A stretch of DNA of 64,000 nt. Origin: Thermoanaerobaculia bacterium (GTDB lineage: Bacteria > Acidobacteriota > Thermoanaerobaculia > Multivoradales > UBA5704). The stretch covers positions 1 to 64,000 of the forward strand of contig JBGAGQ010000006.1 in the NCBI GenBank assembly GCA_044226625.1, read 5' to 3'. The notes beneath the pieces are model-generated. The model worked only from the letters and a program-made list of their open reading frames with translations, did no database searches and was not told the origin of the DNA. The position numbers and the translations under genes are program-made. Of the stretch, positions 8,877-17,907 are shown one piece after another. Numbering within the stretch: the stretch's first letter is position 1; each line of letters opens with the position of its first letter.

Positions 8877-9314
8877 ATGCGCGGACTTGCCTCGGTGTTC
8901 CTCGTTGTTTCCACCGTCTCCTGCGCCAGCCATCGGCTCGACATCGCGGGAGTGCTTCAGGAGGGCCGGCATATCGACGGGCGTCGGGTCCAGGTCACCG
9001 GCGAGGTCGCCGGATCTCCGCAGATCGGTCCGAGCGGGGCGACCTCCTACGAGATCACCGACGGCACCGGGACGCTCTCCGTGACATCGCGGCTCGATCC
9101 TCCCACCCGGTGTCACACGATCCGGGTCAAAGGAAAGGTCCGGTCGGTCTTCACCGCCGAGACGAACAGCCATCGCCCAGGCAAGGTCTACCGCCCGTGG
9201 TGGACCGGACTCGCGATCGAAGAGGAGTCGCGGGAAGACCTCGGATTGAGCCCGAAGGCCAAGATCTTCGTGGAACGGCCCGGGCATTTTCACCCTGCTG
9301 TAATGCCGATGTAA
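8877..9314 (+). CDS. Putative OB-fold lipoprotein
   Basis: Lipobox-like VSC after a hydrophobic leader; VQVTGEV...YEITDGTGTLSV OB-fold pattern. Confidence 0.6.
   Translation: MRGLASVFLVVSTVSCASHRLDIAGVLQEGRHIDGRRVQVTGEVAGSPQIGPSGATSYEITDGTGTLSVTSRLDPPTRCHTIRVKGKVRSVFTAETNSHRPGKVYRPWWTGLAIEEESREDLGLSPKAKIFVERPGHFHPAVMPM
9271..9286 (+). promoter_or_regulatory. Possible sigma54 (-24/-12) promoter of the oxidase operon
   Basis: TGGAACG-GCCC-GGGCA has GG-N10-GC spacing, ~100 bp upstream of ATG 9389; the -12 TT is not conserved. Confidence 0.25.
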
Positions 9315-9388
9315 GAAACGCCAATTTAAGTTCCCCTCAGATTTCAACAAACCGTGCACCCGACGGGTGCGCCCAAGGAGATCTGGGA

Positions 9389-12300
9389 ATGAACGCCTCA
9401 CCTCGTTTCGCACGATGGCTGACGCTCGCCATCGCCCTCCTCATCGGCCTCGCGGCCTTCCCCGCCGAAGCGCAGGTCAGTTGCGCGGGCTACGTCGACG
9501 CCGAGGTCGTGGCGCTCGACCAGGCCTGGACCTGGAACCGATATGGCGCGATCGAACCGCAAGGGATGATCTACGCGCTCAAGAGCGACGTGCTGCCGCT
9601 CTCCGATCCGGACGGGCTGCCCGACCCCGGCGTGGTCTATTCGCTCACCGCCGGCCAGGTGCAGCTGCGGCGCGACAAGCGGCCTCGTCCCTTGGTCCTG
9701 CGCGTGAACGTCGGCGACTGCCTGCGGATCAAGTTCACCAACCTGCTCGACAGCGTCCAGCGCGACGAGGAGCAGCCGGCGACGCGGGACGCTTCCATCC
9801 ACGCGGTCGGCATGCAGCTGGTCGACATCATCCGGAGCGACGGCTCCTCGGTCGGCGCGAACCCGGTTTCGGGCATCGTCCCGCCGGGCGGGGCGGTCAC
9901 CTACCTCCTCTACGCGCCGCAGGAAGGCACCTTCATCTTCCACAGCGAGGGCGCGCCGGTCGGCGGCGAAGGGGACGCGGGCTCGCTGTCCGCGGGACTC
10001 TTCGGCGCGATCGACATCGAGCCGGTGGGCGCGGAGTGGTACCGCAGCCAGGTGACCCAGGACGACCTCGCCAAGGCGACCACCAGCTACGACGCGAACG
10101 GCTATCCCCGGATCAACTACGCCGCCACCTATCCGCTCGGCCACCGCTACGCGGGCAAGCCGATCCTGAAGATGTACACCGGTTCGGCGAGCGCTCGGAC
10201 GATCGTCCATTCGGACCTCACGGCGATCATCACCGGACCGAACGCCGGCAATCTGAACTCCCTCTCGACGGCCGCCTCGTCCAAGGTCTACCCGGAACGC
10301 AACGAGCCGTTCCGCGAGTTCACGATCATCTTCCACGACGAGGTCGGCGCCCTGCAGGCGTTTCCGCAGTTCGAAGACCGGGAGATGCAGCACACGCTCC
10401 ACAGCGTCCGTGACGCGTTTGCGATCAACTACGGCTCGGGCGGCGCCGGAGCCGAGATCATCGCGAACCGGCTCGGCGTGGGCCCCGCCCACGACTGCCC
10501 GGAGTGCATGTACGAAGAGTTTTTCCTTTCCTCTTGGGCGATCGGCGACCCCGCGATGGTGGTCGACGTGCCCGCCAACGCGCCGTGCACCGAGAGCGAC
10601 ATCGACCAGATGGGCGAGCCGCTGTTCAACAACGTCGCCCCTTATCCGTGCACGCCCACGCCGGGACGGAAGGCGACGCGCGCCCTCTATCCCGACGACC
10701 CCTCGAACGTTTACCACAGCTATCTGAACGACCACGTCAAATTCCGCAACACCCACGCGGGATCGGACGACCATCACATCTTCCACCTCCACGCCCACCA
10801 GTGGCTGCACACGCCGAAGGAAGACAAGTCGAACTACAGCGACAGCCAGGCGATCGGCCAGGGCGGCAGCTTTACGTACGAGATCGCAAACGGCGGCTCG
10901 GGCAACCTGAACAAGACGCCGGGCGACTCGATTTTCCATTGCCATTTCTATCCGCACTTCGCGCAGGGCATGTGGTCGCTCTGGCGCGTCCACGACGTGC
11001 TCGAGCTCGGCACCCGGATGGCCGAGAACGGACGCCCCGCCTCCGGCTCGCGCGCCCTGCCGGACAACGAGATCTACTCCGGCACGCCGATCCCCGGCCT
11101 CGTGCCGATCCCGGTGCTGCCGATGGCCCCGGTTCCCGGCGCCGCCTCGATCAATCCGCTGAACGGCCAGCCGGTCTTCACCACCGCGACGAACCCGGGC
11201 TTCCCGTTCTTCGTTCCCGGCATCGCCGGCCGTCGCGCGCCGCATCCGCCGCTCGACACGATCCATGACGGCGGCCTCCAGCGCCACGTCGTGATCAAGG
11301 GCACCTCGAGCCACGTCGAGACTCGCTTGAGCTTCGACAAGCACATCAATTCGCTCTCCCCGAAGTTCCTCCTGGAGACGGGCGAGCCGGTCGAGCTCAC
11401 GGCGATGAACTTCCACAACAACCCGCTCGGCTACACCACGCCGCGCGCCGACAACCTCCCCGCGACCAAGAAGTTCCTGGTCAACACCCACGGCGGCGTG
11501 CGCGGCGCGCCGATCGCCGACCCCTGCCCGACGGGCGCGCCGATGCGCTACTACAAGGCGGCGAACATCCAGTTCGACATGGTGATCAACAAGGCGGGCT
11601 GGCACTTCCCGCAGGCGCGCATCCTCACGCTGTGGAACGACGTCGCGCCGACGCTCGCCGGAACCCGGCCGCCCGAACCGTTCTTCTTTCGCGCGAAATC
11701 GGGCGAGTGCATCGAGTATTGGCACACCAACCTGGTGCCCAACACCTACGAGCTCGACGACTTCCAGGTGCGCACGCCGACCGACATCATCGGTCAGCAC
11801 ATCCACCTGGTGAAGTTCGACGTCCTCGCCTCGGACGGCGGTGGCAACGGCTGGAACTATGAGGACGGGACGTTCTCGCCCGACGAGGTGCGCGAGCGCA
11901 TCGATGCGATCCGCATCGCCAACGGCTGCGCGCCGGGCGCGTTCAACCCGACCGTCTGTCCGGTCGCGCAGGTCCATCCATTCTTCTCCTCGCACACCTC
12001 GGAATGCTCGGCCTCGGACGTCAACGAATGGCTGGGCGCGCAGACCACCGTGCAGCGCTGGTACGCCGATCCGATGACCACCCTCCAGGGCGGCAAGCGG
12101 ACGCTCCGCACGGTCTTCACCCACGACCACTTCGGCCCCTCGTCGCACCAGCAGGTGGGCCTGTACGCCGGCCTGATCGTCGAGCCGTCGGACTCCACCT
12201 GGGTGCACAGCGAGACCGGTACGCTGCTCGGCTCCAACATGGGCCTCGGCCTGACGCAGGACGGCGGTCCGACCAGCTGGCAGGCGGTGATCAGCAGCTC

Positions 12301-14653
12301 GAGCGAGAACTACCGCGAATTCATGCTGGAGTTCGGCGACTTCTTCCTCGCCTACGAGCCGAAGAGCCCGAAGTGCCCGACCGACGCGCTCGGCTATGCC
12401 GATCCGAAGCGCGCGATCAACCCGCCGGGACGGAAAGACGTCGCCCCGCCGCAGCTGTTCGAAAAGCCGATCGACTGCCCGGTCAACGCCCCTCCGGGGA
12501 CGCCTGGACCGCCCGCTCCCTGCCCGGAGGCCGTGTCGGCCGACGACCCGGGGACCAAGACCGTCAACTATCGCAACGAGCCGATCGCTCTGCGCGTGCT
12601 CGACCAGTCGGGCCCCGTGCCGCAGCAGTACACCGGCGGTTTCCTCGGCCGTGGCGGCGACCTGTCCTTCGCTTACGAAACCCGCACCGACCGCTGGGAT
12701 CCGGAGTTCAACGTCAAGCCGTACGCGCCGTTCCTGAGCAAGGCTCCGTACGGACCGCTCACCGATCCGTCGAGCCTCTACCCCGGCGACCCGTACACCC
12801 CGTTGATGCGCGCTTACGAAGGCGACCTGGTGAAGGTCCGGGTGCTGGTCGGCGCGCACGAAGAGTCGCACAACATGACGGTCCACGGCATGAAGTGGCT
12901 CCGTGAGCCGGAGGTCGCGGATTCCGGCTGGCGCAACTCGCAGGGCATGGGCATCTCGGAGTGGTTCGACCTCGAGGTCGGCCGCATCCCGCAGCTCAAC
13001 GCCGACGGCAAGTTCGCCGACTTCCTGTACAAGCCCGGCGCGGCGTCCGAGTCGCAATGGGACGGCCTCTGGGGGTTGATCCGCACCTATCGCGGCCAGC
13101 GTCCCGACCTGCGCCTGCTCGACTCCGCCAACCCGGATGCGCGGGGAACCGACGCGGCGGGCGGCTATCGCTTGACCGACGCCTCGACGGCGGTCGGCAT
13201 CAAGAGCTTCGAAGCCCGCACGCTCGATGGCGAGCCGATCAACCAGAAGGGCCTCGCCGGTCCGACGGCGGTGCCCACCAACTGCCCCGCCACCGCGCCC
13301 CTGCGGCATTACGACATCGTCGCCGTCGCGGCGGCCGAGGTGCTGCGCAACGACGGTTACGGCGCCAACGCGGGTTTGATCTACAACCGGCGTCCCGACA
13401 CCGTGAACCACCCGGCTCCGCCCGAGGGACACGGCGGAATCAGCGTCGGACCGATCCACCAGTCCGACGCCATCATGTTCGTCTACAAGTCGGACCTGAG
13501 CTATGCCCTCGGCCGTCCGGTCCTCGTCCCCGGGGTGCGGCGCGAGCCGCTGATCCTGCGGGCACGGGCCGGCGAGTGCATCGAGATCAAGTTCGAGAAC
13601 GACATTCCGCCCGGCTATACCGATCTCCAGGACGGCTGGAACAGCGTCCCGATGATCGTCGAGAACTTCAACACCGACCAGGTGAAAACCTCGCTCGACG
13701 TCGGCCTGCACCCGCAGCTGGTGACCTACGACGTGATGACGAGCGACGGCGCGAACGTCGGCTTGAACCCGGTCCAGGTCGGCAAGCAGACCGTGGCGCC
13801 GGGCGAAGGGGTCGTCTACTACTGGTACGCCGGAACCTACGTCGGCGCCGGGCCGATCTCGGTCGAATACGGCGGCACGGGCCTCACGTCGTCCGATCCG
13901 ATCAAGCACTCGAACAAGGGAGCGATTGGCGCTCTGATCATCGAGCCGCCGGGCGCCACCTGGACCGAGGACCTGGTACCGGAGACCGATCTGTCGATCC
14001 GCAAGTCGCGGGCCTCGGTGTCCGTCTCTCCCACCGACGTCCGGAGGTTCAAGGAGTTCGTGGTCCTGTTCCAAGACGACTTGAACCTGCGCTTCACCAA
14101 GGGCGACGGATACGACTTCTCGAATCCGGCGTTCGGACCGGCGATTCAAAACCTGATCGTCAACGCCGACCCGGAGGACTCGGGCCAGAAGGCGATCAAC
14201 TACCGCACCGAGCCGCTCTGGTATCGCGCGGGCTGGGCGCCCGAGACGGCGACCAACGACACCCGCAACTTTACGCAGTTCAACCTACTGATGGAGAATG
14301 CCTGGGTACACAACGATCCGGAAACCCCCGTGTTCTCCTCCAGCCTGGGAGATCAGATTCGAGTCCGGGTTCTCCACCCGGGCGGCCACGAGCAGCCGAT
14401 CGTCTTCGACCTGCACGGCCACGTGTGGGAAGAGTACCCGGTGCTCGCCGGCTCCAACTCGACCCGGCAGGGATCGAACGCGGTCTGTGAATGGAAAGGG
14501 GTCCGCGATGGACTGGGACCGTCCGACCACTTCGACGCGTTGCTCAAGGGAGGCGCCGGCGGGATGGTCGGCGTGCCCGGCGACTACCTGTTCCGCGATT
14601 ACTCCCCGTCGCACGTCGATGACGGTCTCTGGGGCTTGCTGCGTGTCAACTAG
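9389..14653 (+). CDS. Large secreted multicopper oxidase, MnxG-like (1754 aa)
   Basis: SD aaggag, signal peptide ending AEA. Copper motifs HIFHLHAH, HCHFYPHFAQGM, GQHIHLVKFD, FTHDHF, plus HNMTVHG and FDLHGH. Size and motif order resemble large Mn oxidases. Confidence 0.85.
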   Translation: MNASPRFARWLTLAIALLIGLAAFPAEAQVSCAGYVDAEVVALDQAWTWNRYGAIEPQGMIYALKSDVLPLSDPDGLPDPGVVYSLTAGQVQLRRDKRPRPLVLRVNVGDCLRIKFTNLLDSVQRDEEQPATRDASIHAVGMQLVDIIRSDGSSVGANPVSGIVPPGGAVTYLLYAPQEGTFIFHSEGAPVGGEGDAGSLSAGLFGAIDIEPVGAEWYRSQVTQDDLAKATTSYDANGYPRINYAATYPLGHRYAGKPILKMYTGSASARTIVHSDLTAIITGPNAGNLNSLSTAASSKVYPERNEPFREFTIIFHDEVGALQAFPQFEDREMQHTLHSVRDAFAINYGSGGAGAEIIANRLGVGPAHDCPECMYEEFFLSSWAIGDPAMVVDVPANAPCTESDIDQMGEPLFNNVAPYPCTPTPGRKATRALYPDDPSNVYHSYLNDHVKFRNTHAGSDDHHIFHLHAHQWLHTPKEDKSNYSDSQAIGQGGSFTYEIANGGSGNLNKTPGDSIFHCHFYPHFAQGMWSLWRVHDVLELGTRMAENGRPASGSRALPDNEIYSGTPIPGLVPIPVLPMAPVPGAASINPLNGQPVFTTATNPGFPFFVPGIAGRRAPHPPLDTIHDGGLQRHVVIKGTSSHVETRLSFDKHINSLSPKFLLETGEPVELTAMNFHNNPLGYTTPRADNLPATKKFLVNTHGGVRGAPIADPCPTGAPMRYYKAANIQFDMVINKAGWHFPQARILTLWNDVAPTLAGTRPPEPFFFRAKSGECIEYWHTNLVPNTYELDDFQVRTPTDIIGQHIHLVKFDVLASDGGGNGWNYEDGTFSPDEVRERIDAIRIANGCAPGAFNPTVCPVAQVHPFFSSHTSECSASDVNEWLGAQTTVQRWYADPMTTLQGGKRTLRTVFTHDHFGPSSHQQVGLYAGLIVEPSDSTWVHSETGTLLGSNMGLGLTQDGGPTSWQAVISSSSENYREFMLEFGDFFLAYEPKSPKCPTDALGYADPKRAINPPGRKDVAPPQLFEKPIDCPVNAPPGTPGPPAPCPEAVSADDPGTKTVNYRNEPIALRVLDQSGPVPQQYTGGFLGRGGDLSFAYETRTDRWDPEFNVKPYAPFLSKAPYGPLTDPSSLYPGDPYTPLMRAYEGDLVKVRVLVGAHEESHNMTVHGMKWLREPEVADSGWRNSQGMGISEWFDLEVGRIPQLNADGKFADFLYKPGAASESQWDGLWGLIRTYRGQRPDLRLLDSANPDARGTDAAGGYRLTDASTAVGIKSFEARTLDGEPINQKGLAGPTAVPTNCPATAPLRHYDIVAVAAAEVLRNDGYGANAGLIYNRRPDTVNHPAPPEGHGGISVGPIHQSDAIMFVYKSDLSYALGRPVLVPGVRREPLILRARAGECIEIKFENDIPPGYTDLQDGWNSVPMIVENFNTDQVKTSLDVGLHPQLVTYDVMTSDGANVGLNPVQVGKQTVAPGEGVVYYWYAGTYVGAGPISVEYGGTGLTSSDPIKHSNKGAIGALIIEPPGATWTEDLVPETDLSIRKSRASVSVSPTDVRRFKEFVVLFQDDLNLRFTKGDGYDFSNPAFGPAIQNLIVNADPEDSGQKAINYRTEPLWYRAGWAPETATNDTRNFTQFNLLMENAWVHNDPETPVFSSSLGDQIRVRVLHPGGHEQPIVFDLHGHVWEEYPVLAGSNSTRQGSNAVCEWKGVRDGLGPSDHFDALLKGGAGGMVGVPGDYLFRDYSPSHVDDGLWGLLRVN

Positions 14654-16640
14654 CCTCGCCCGTCGTCGGGTCGCGGGTGTCCTCACCGGCCTTCTGCTCT
14701 CCCCGCTCGCGGGGAGGGCGTTGGCCGGGGGGGCACCCGCCCTTCCCGTCTCCTCCCCCTCGGCCGAAGCCGCGACCCAGGCACCCGCCACTCCGGGGCG
14801 GATCGGTCAGGCGAACGTCGGCGGCGTCGCCGTCGACGTTTATTTGGAATCCGTACGCCCCGGCGTCCCGCTCCGCGAAGGAGAGGAGGCGCGGGTCCGG
14901 CTGGAGCTCGTCGACGCCAACACCAAGGCGCCGCTCGACGGTCTCTATCCCGGCGCTTGGATCGACGCGCTCACCCCGGGCGCGAAAGCGGGCGATTCGG
15001 AGGAGTGCAAGAAGAAGCTCCAAGGATTCGCCGGCGGCTCGCTCTTGAATCCACCGGAGCACGATCTGAACGCCTATTTCGTCCTCGGGCTGAACGAGGA
15101 CGCCACGATCACCGTGGTCGATCCGCTGTTCAGCTTCGGCGGCAGCAAGCTGCTCGACATGGTGTTCCTGAAGAGCGCGGGAACCGACTGGGCGCTCTCG
15201 AAAGACCAGCTCCGGCTCTATGTTTCGCAGGCCGAAGCGGGCGAGGTCGCCGTGGTCGACACCGAAAGCTGGAAGGTGATCGCGAGCGTCCCGGTCGGCA
15301 AGGGCGCGGGGCGCGTGATGCTCCAGCCCGACGGGCGCTATCTCTGGGTGGCGGTCGACGGCGCGGCCGCGGGAACCGGCCTCGCGGCGATCGACACGGT
15401 GAAGCTAGAGACCGTGGCGTCGATCGGCCTCGGCGCCGGGCCGCACGACCTCGCCGTCTCGGGCGACGACCGCTACGTATTCGCGTCCAGCCGGGACGCG
15501 GGGACGGTTTCGGTCGTCGACGTGCGGGCGCTCGCCGAGACGCGGCGGGTCGAGGTCTGCAAGCGTCCGGTTTCGATCGCCTGGTCCGAGCCGGCGGCCG
15601 CGGCGTTCGTCGCGTGCGAAGGGGACGGCGCGATCGTCTCGGTCACCTCCGACGCCGAACGTGCGCCGGTGCGCCTCGCCGCCGAGCCGGGCCTCGGGCA
15701 GATCCGCTTCGCTCCCGACGGCCGGCTCGGCTTCGTCCCGAATCCGAAGAAGAACGTGGTCCACATCTTCGACGCCGCGGCGCCCCGGATCGTCCAGAGC
15801 CCCGAGGTGGAGAGCGAGCCCGATCAGATCGCCTTCAGCAAAGGGCTCGCCTACGTCCGCCATCGCGGCAGCGAGACGGTCCTGATGATCCCGCTCAACC
15901 AGGTCGGCCGCGAGGCGGCGGCGGTGCCGGTGGTCGACTTTCCCGGCGGCCAGCTGCCGCCCGGGCGGATGGCGCTCGGCACTCCGGCGGCCGGCATCGT
16001 CCAGGCACCCGGCGAGGACGCGGTCCTGGTCGCGAACCCCGGGGACCGGATGATCTATTTCTACAAAGAGGGGATGGCGGCCCCGATGGGCAGCTTCCAG
16101 AACTACTCGCGCCAGCCGCGCGCCGTGCTCGCCGTCGATCGCAGCCTGCGCCCGGCGGGCGCCGGCCGGTACGCGACGACGTTCCTGCTCGGCCCGCCGG
16201 GCCGCCGGGAGCTTGCGCTGCTCATCAACTCGCCGCGCATCGCCGAGTGCTTCCCCTTCGAGATCGAGGCCAATCCGGACCGACCGGGCGCCCAGACCGA
16301 AGCCGTGGCCACGGCGCTCAAGCCGAGCTTCAAGGTCGCGCCCGGCGAAGAGGTCTCGGTCCGATTCCGGCTCGAGCGGGCCGGCAAACCCCTGGCCGGT
16401 CTTTCGGACGTGCGCGTCGTTACCTTCCTCTCGCCCGGGGTCAACCGCCGCACGCTGCCCGTGACCGAGGTGGAACCGGGGGTCTACGAAGCGCGCTTCA
16501 CCCCCGCCGAGGAGGGGATCTATTACGCCCTCGTCCAGTCGACGGCGGCAGATCTCAAAGTCCAGAAATCGCCTCCGACCCTGATCGAATGCGCCGCGCC
16601 GCCGGCCGAGCCGGCGAGCGAAGGAACCACCTTGCCATGA
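14643..16640 (+). CDS. YVTN-type beta-propeller protein with C-terminal Ig-like (YtkA/FixH-like) domain
   Basis: GTG start overlapping the oxidase stop; repeats VAVVDTESWKVIASVPVG, PDGRYLWV, GTVSVVD; C-terminal EVEPGVYEARFTP..GIYY. Confidence 0.8.
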   Translation: MSTSLARRRVAGVLTGLLLSPLAGRALAGGAPALPVSSPSAEAATQAPATPGRIGQANVGGVAVDVYLESVRPGVPLREGEEARVRLELVDANTKAPLDGLYPGAWIDALTPGAKAGDSEECKKKLQGFAGGSLLNPPEHDLNAYFVLGLNEDATITVVDPLFSFGGSKLLDMVFLKSAGTDWALSKDQLRLYVSQAEAGEVAVVDTESWKVIASVPVGKGAGRVMLQPDGRYLWVAVDGAAAGTGLAAIDTVKLETVASIGLGAGPHDLAVSGDDRYVFASSRDAGTVSVVDVRALAETRRVEVCKRPVSIAWSEPAAAAFVACEGDGAIVSVTSDAERAPVRLAAEPGLGQIRFAPDGRLGFVPNPKKNVVHIFDAAAPRIVQSPEVESEPDQIAFSKGLAYVRHRGSETVLMIPLNQVGREAAAVPVVDFPGGQLPPGRMALGTPAAGIVQAPGEDAVLVANPGDRMIYFYKEGMAAPMGSFQNYSRQPRAVLAVDRSLRPAGAGRYATTFLLGPPGRRELALLINSPRIAECFPFEIEANPDRPGAQTEAVATALKPSFKVAPGEEVSVRFRLERAGKPLAGLSDVRVVTFLSPGVNRRTLPVTEVEPGVYEARFTPAEEGIYYALVQSTAADLKVQKSPPTLIECAAPPAEPASEGTTLP

Positions 16641-17269
16641 GCTTGCGTATCCGTCCACTGCTACTCCTCGTCGTGGCTTTCCTTTCGGCCGGGGCCTTCC
16701 GTGGGTCCGAAGGCTGGGCTCAAACCCCGTCCAAAGGTCAATCCGCGCAAGAACCGGCCGTGCTCGCCGCGCCGACGATCCCCGACGTATCGCTCGTCGA
16801 TCAGAACGGCCGCAAGGTCCGCTTCTACAGCGACCTGATCGCGGGCAAGACCGTCGCGGTCAATTTCGTCTTCACCTCGTGCAGCACGATCTGCACGCCG
16901 CAAGGGGCGCGCTTCGCCGAGCTGCAGCGGCTGCTCGGCCCGAAAGTCGGGACCGAGGTCCACCTGATCTCGGTTTCGATCGATCCCGAGACCGACACGC
17001 CCGCCAAGCTCAAGGCCTGGTCCATCAAGCTCGGCGCCGCCCCCGGCTGGACGCTGGTGACGGGAAGCAAGGAGGAGGTCGTCCGGCTACTCAAGTCGCT
17101 CGGCGCGTTCGACGTCGACATCCGCCGGCACACGCCGTCGATGCTGCTCGGCAACGACCGAGAGAAGCGCTGGACCCGCGCCTATTCGCTCGCTCCGGCC
17201 GCGCAGCTCGCGGGCCTACTCGACGCCCTCCGCCCCGCGGCGGACGAAGGGAAGAAGGAAGGGAAATGA
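16637..17269 (+). CDS. SCO1/SenC copper chaperone
   Basis: LVDQNG, FTSCSTIC (CxxxC), ISVSIDPETDTP, conserved His (RHTP); ATGA overlap. Confidence 0.9.
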   Translation: MSLRIRPLLLLVVAFLSAGAFRGSEGWAQTPSKGQSAQEPAVLAAPTIPDVSLVDQNGRKVRFYSDLIAGKTVAVNFVFTSCSTICTPQGARFAELQRLLGPKVGTEVHLISVSIDPETDTPAKLKAWSIKLGAAPGWTLVTGSKEEVVRLLKSLGAFDVDIRRHTPSMLLGNDREKRWTRAYSLAPAAQLAGLLDALRPAADEGKKEGK

Positions 17270-17907
17270 CCATGCGCCGCAAGCTCGCCGCCCCGCTCTG
17301 CCTCGCGCTCCTCGGGATTCTGGCCGCCTCGACCGGCCTCCACGCCGACGAGCCGCCGAGTGCCCCGGCCCCTGTCCAAGCCACCGGCCAAGCCGCCTCC
17401 GACGCTCCCGCCGCGACGACGGGCGCCGCCGAGCGCTATTTCACGAACCTGCCCCTGATCGATCAGGATGGCGTCGAGCACCGGCTGTACGCCGATCTGC
17501 TCGCGGGGCGCATCGTGATCATCCAGGCGATGTTCACCGAATGCGCCGGGGTCTGCCCGGTGATGGCGGGCACCCTCGAGCGCGTGCAGGAATGGGCCGG
17601 CGACCGGTTGGGCAAGGACGTCGCGATCCTGTCGTTTTCGGTCGACCCGAACGACACGCCGGCGAAGCTCAAGAAGTTCTCCGAGCGCTTCCACGCGAAA
17701 CCGGGCTGGTACTTCTTGACCGGCACCAAGGAGAACTGGGAGACCGCGCTCCGCAAGCTCGGTCTCTACACGGAGAACCGCGAGGCGCACTCGGCCGTGT
17801 TCACCGTCGGCAACGACCGCACCGGCCTCTGGAAGAAGGCGCTCGGCGTGGCCAAGCCGAAGGAGATCGTGGAGATCGTCGAGAGCGTGGCAAAGGATCA
17901 GGGTTGA
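17266..17907 (+). CDS. SCO1/SenC copper chaperone (second paralogue)
   Basis: LIDQDG, FTECAGVCP (CxxxC), SVDPNDTP, His (AHSA). Confidence 0.9.
   Translation: MTMRRKLAAPLCLALLGILAASTGLHADEPPSAPAPVQATGQAASDAPAATTGAAERYFTNLPLIDQDGVEHRLYADLLAGRIVIIQAMFTECAGVCPVMAGTLERVQEWAGDRLGKDVAILSFSVDPNDTPAKLKKFSERFHAKPGWYFLTGTKENWETALRKLGLYTENREAHSAVFTVGNDRTGLWKKALGVAKPKEIVEIVESVAKDQG

Larger units (their letters stand above)
7320..9270. repeat. Copy 2 of the ~1.95-kb duplication
   Basis: Starts within the first codons of istA and ends at aagatcttcg (9270). Confidence 0.95.

Noticed and set aside
9110-9388. 93-codon N-terminal extension of the oxidase
   Set aside because: It runs through the duplicated lipoprotein gene; the SD and signal peptide support ATG 9389.
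9398-14149. 1583-aa antisense ORF (also 52178-55612, 36384-39023, 28165-30228 and 32453-34570)
   Set aside because: Shadow ORFs of GC3-rich genes on the opposite strand, with no recognisable motifs.
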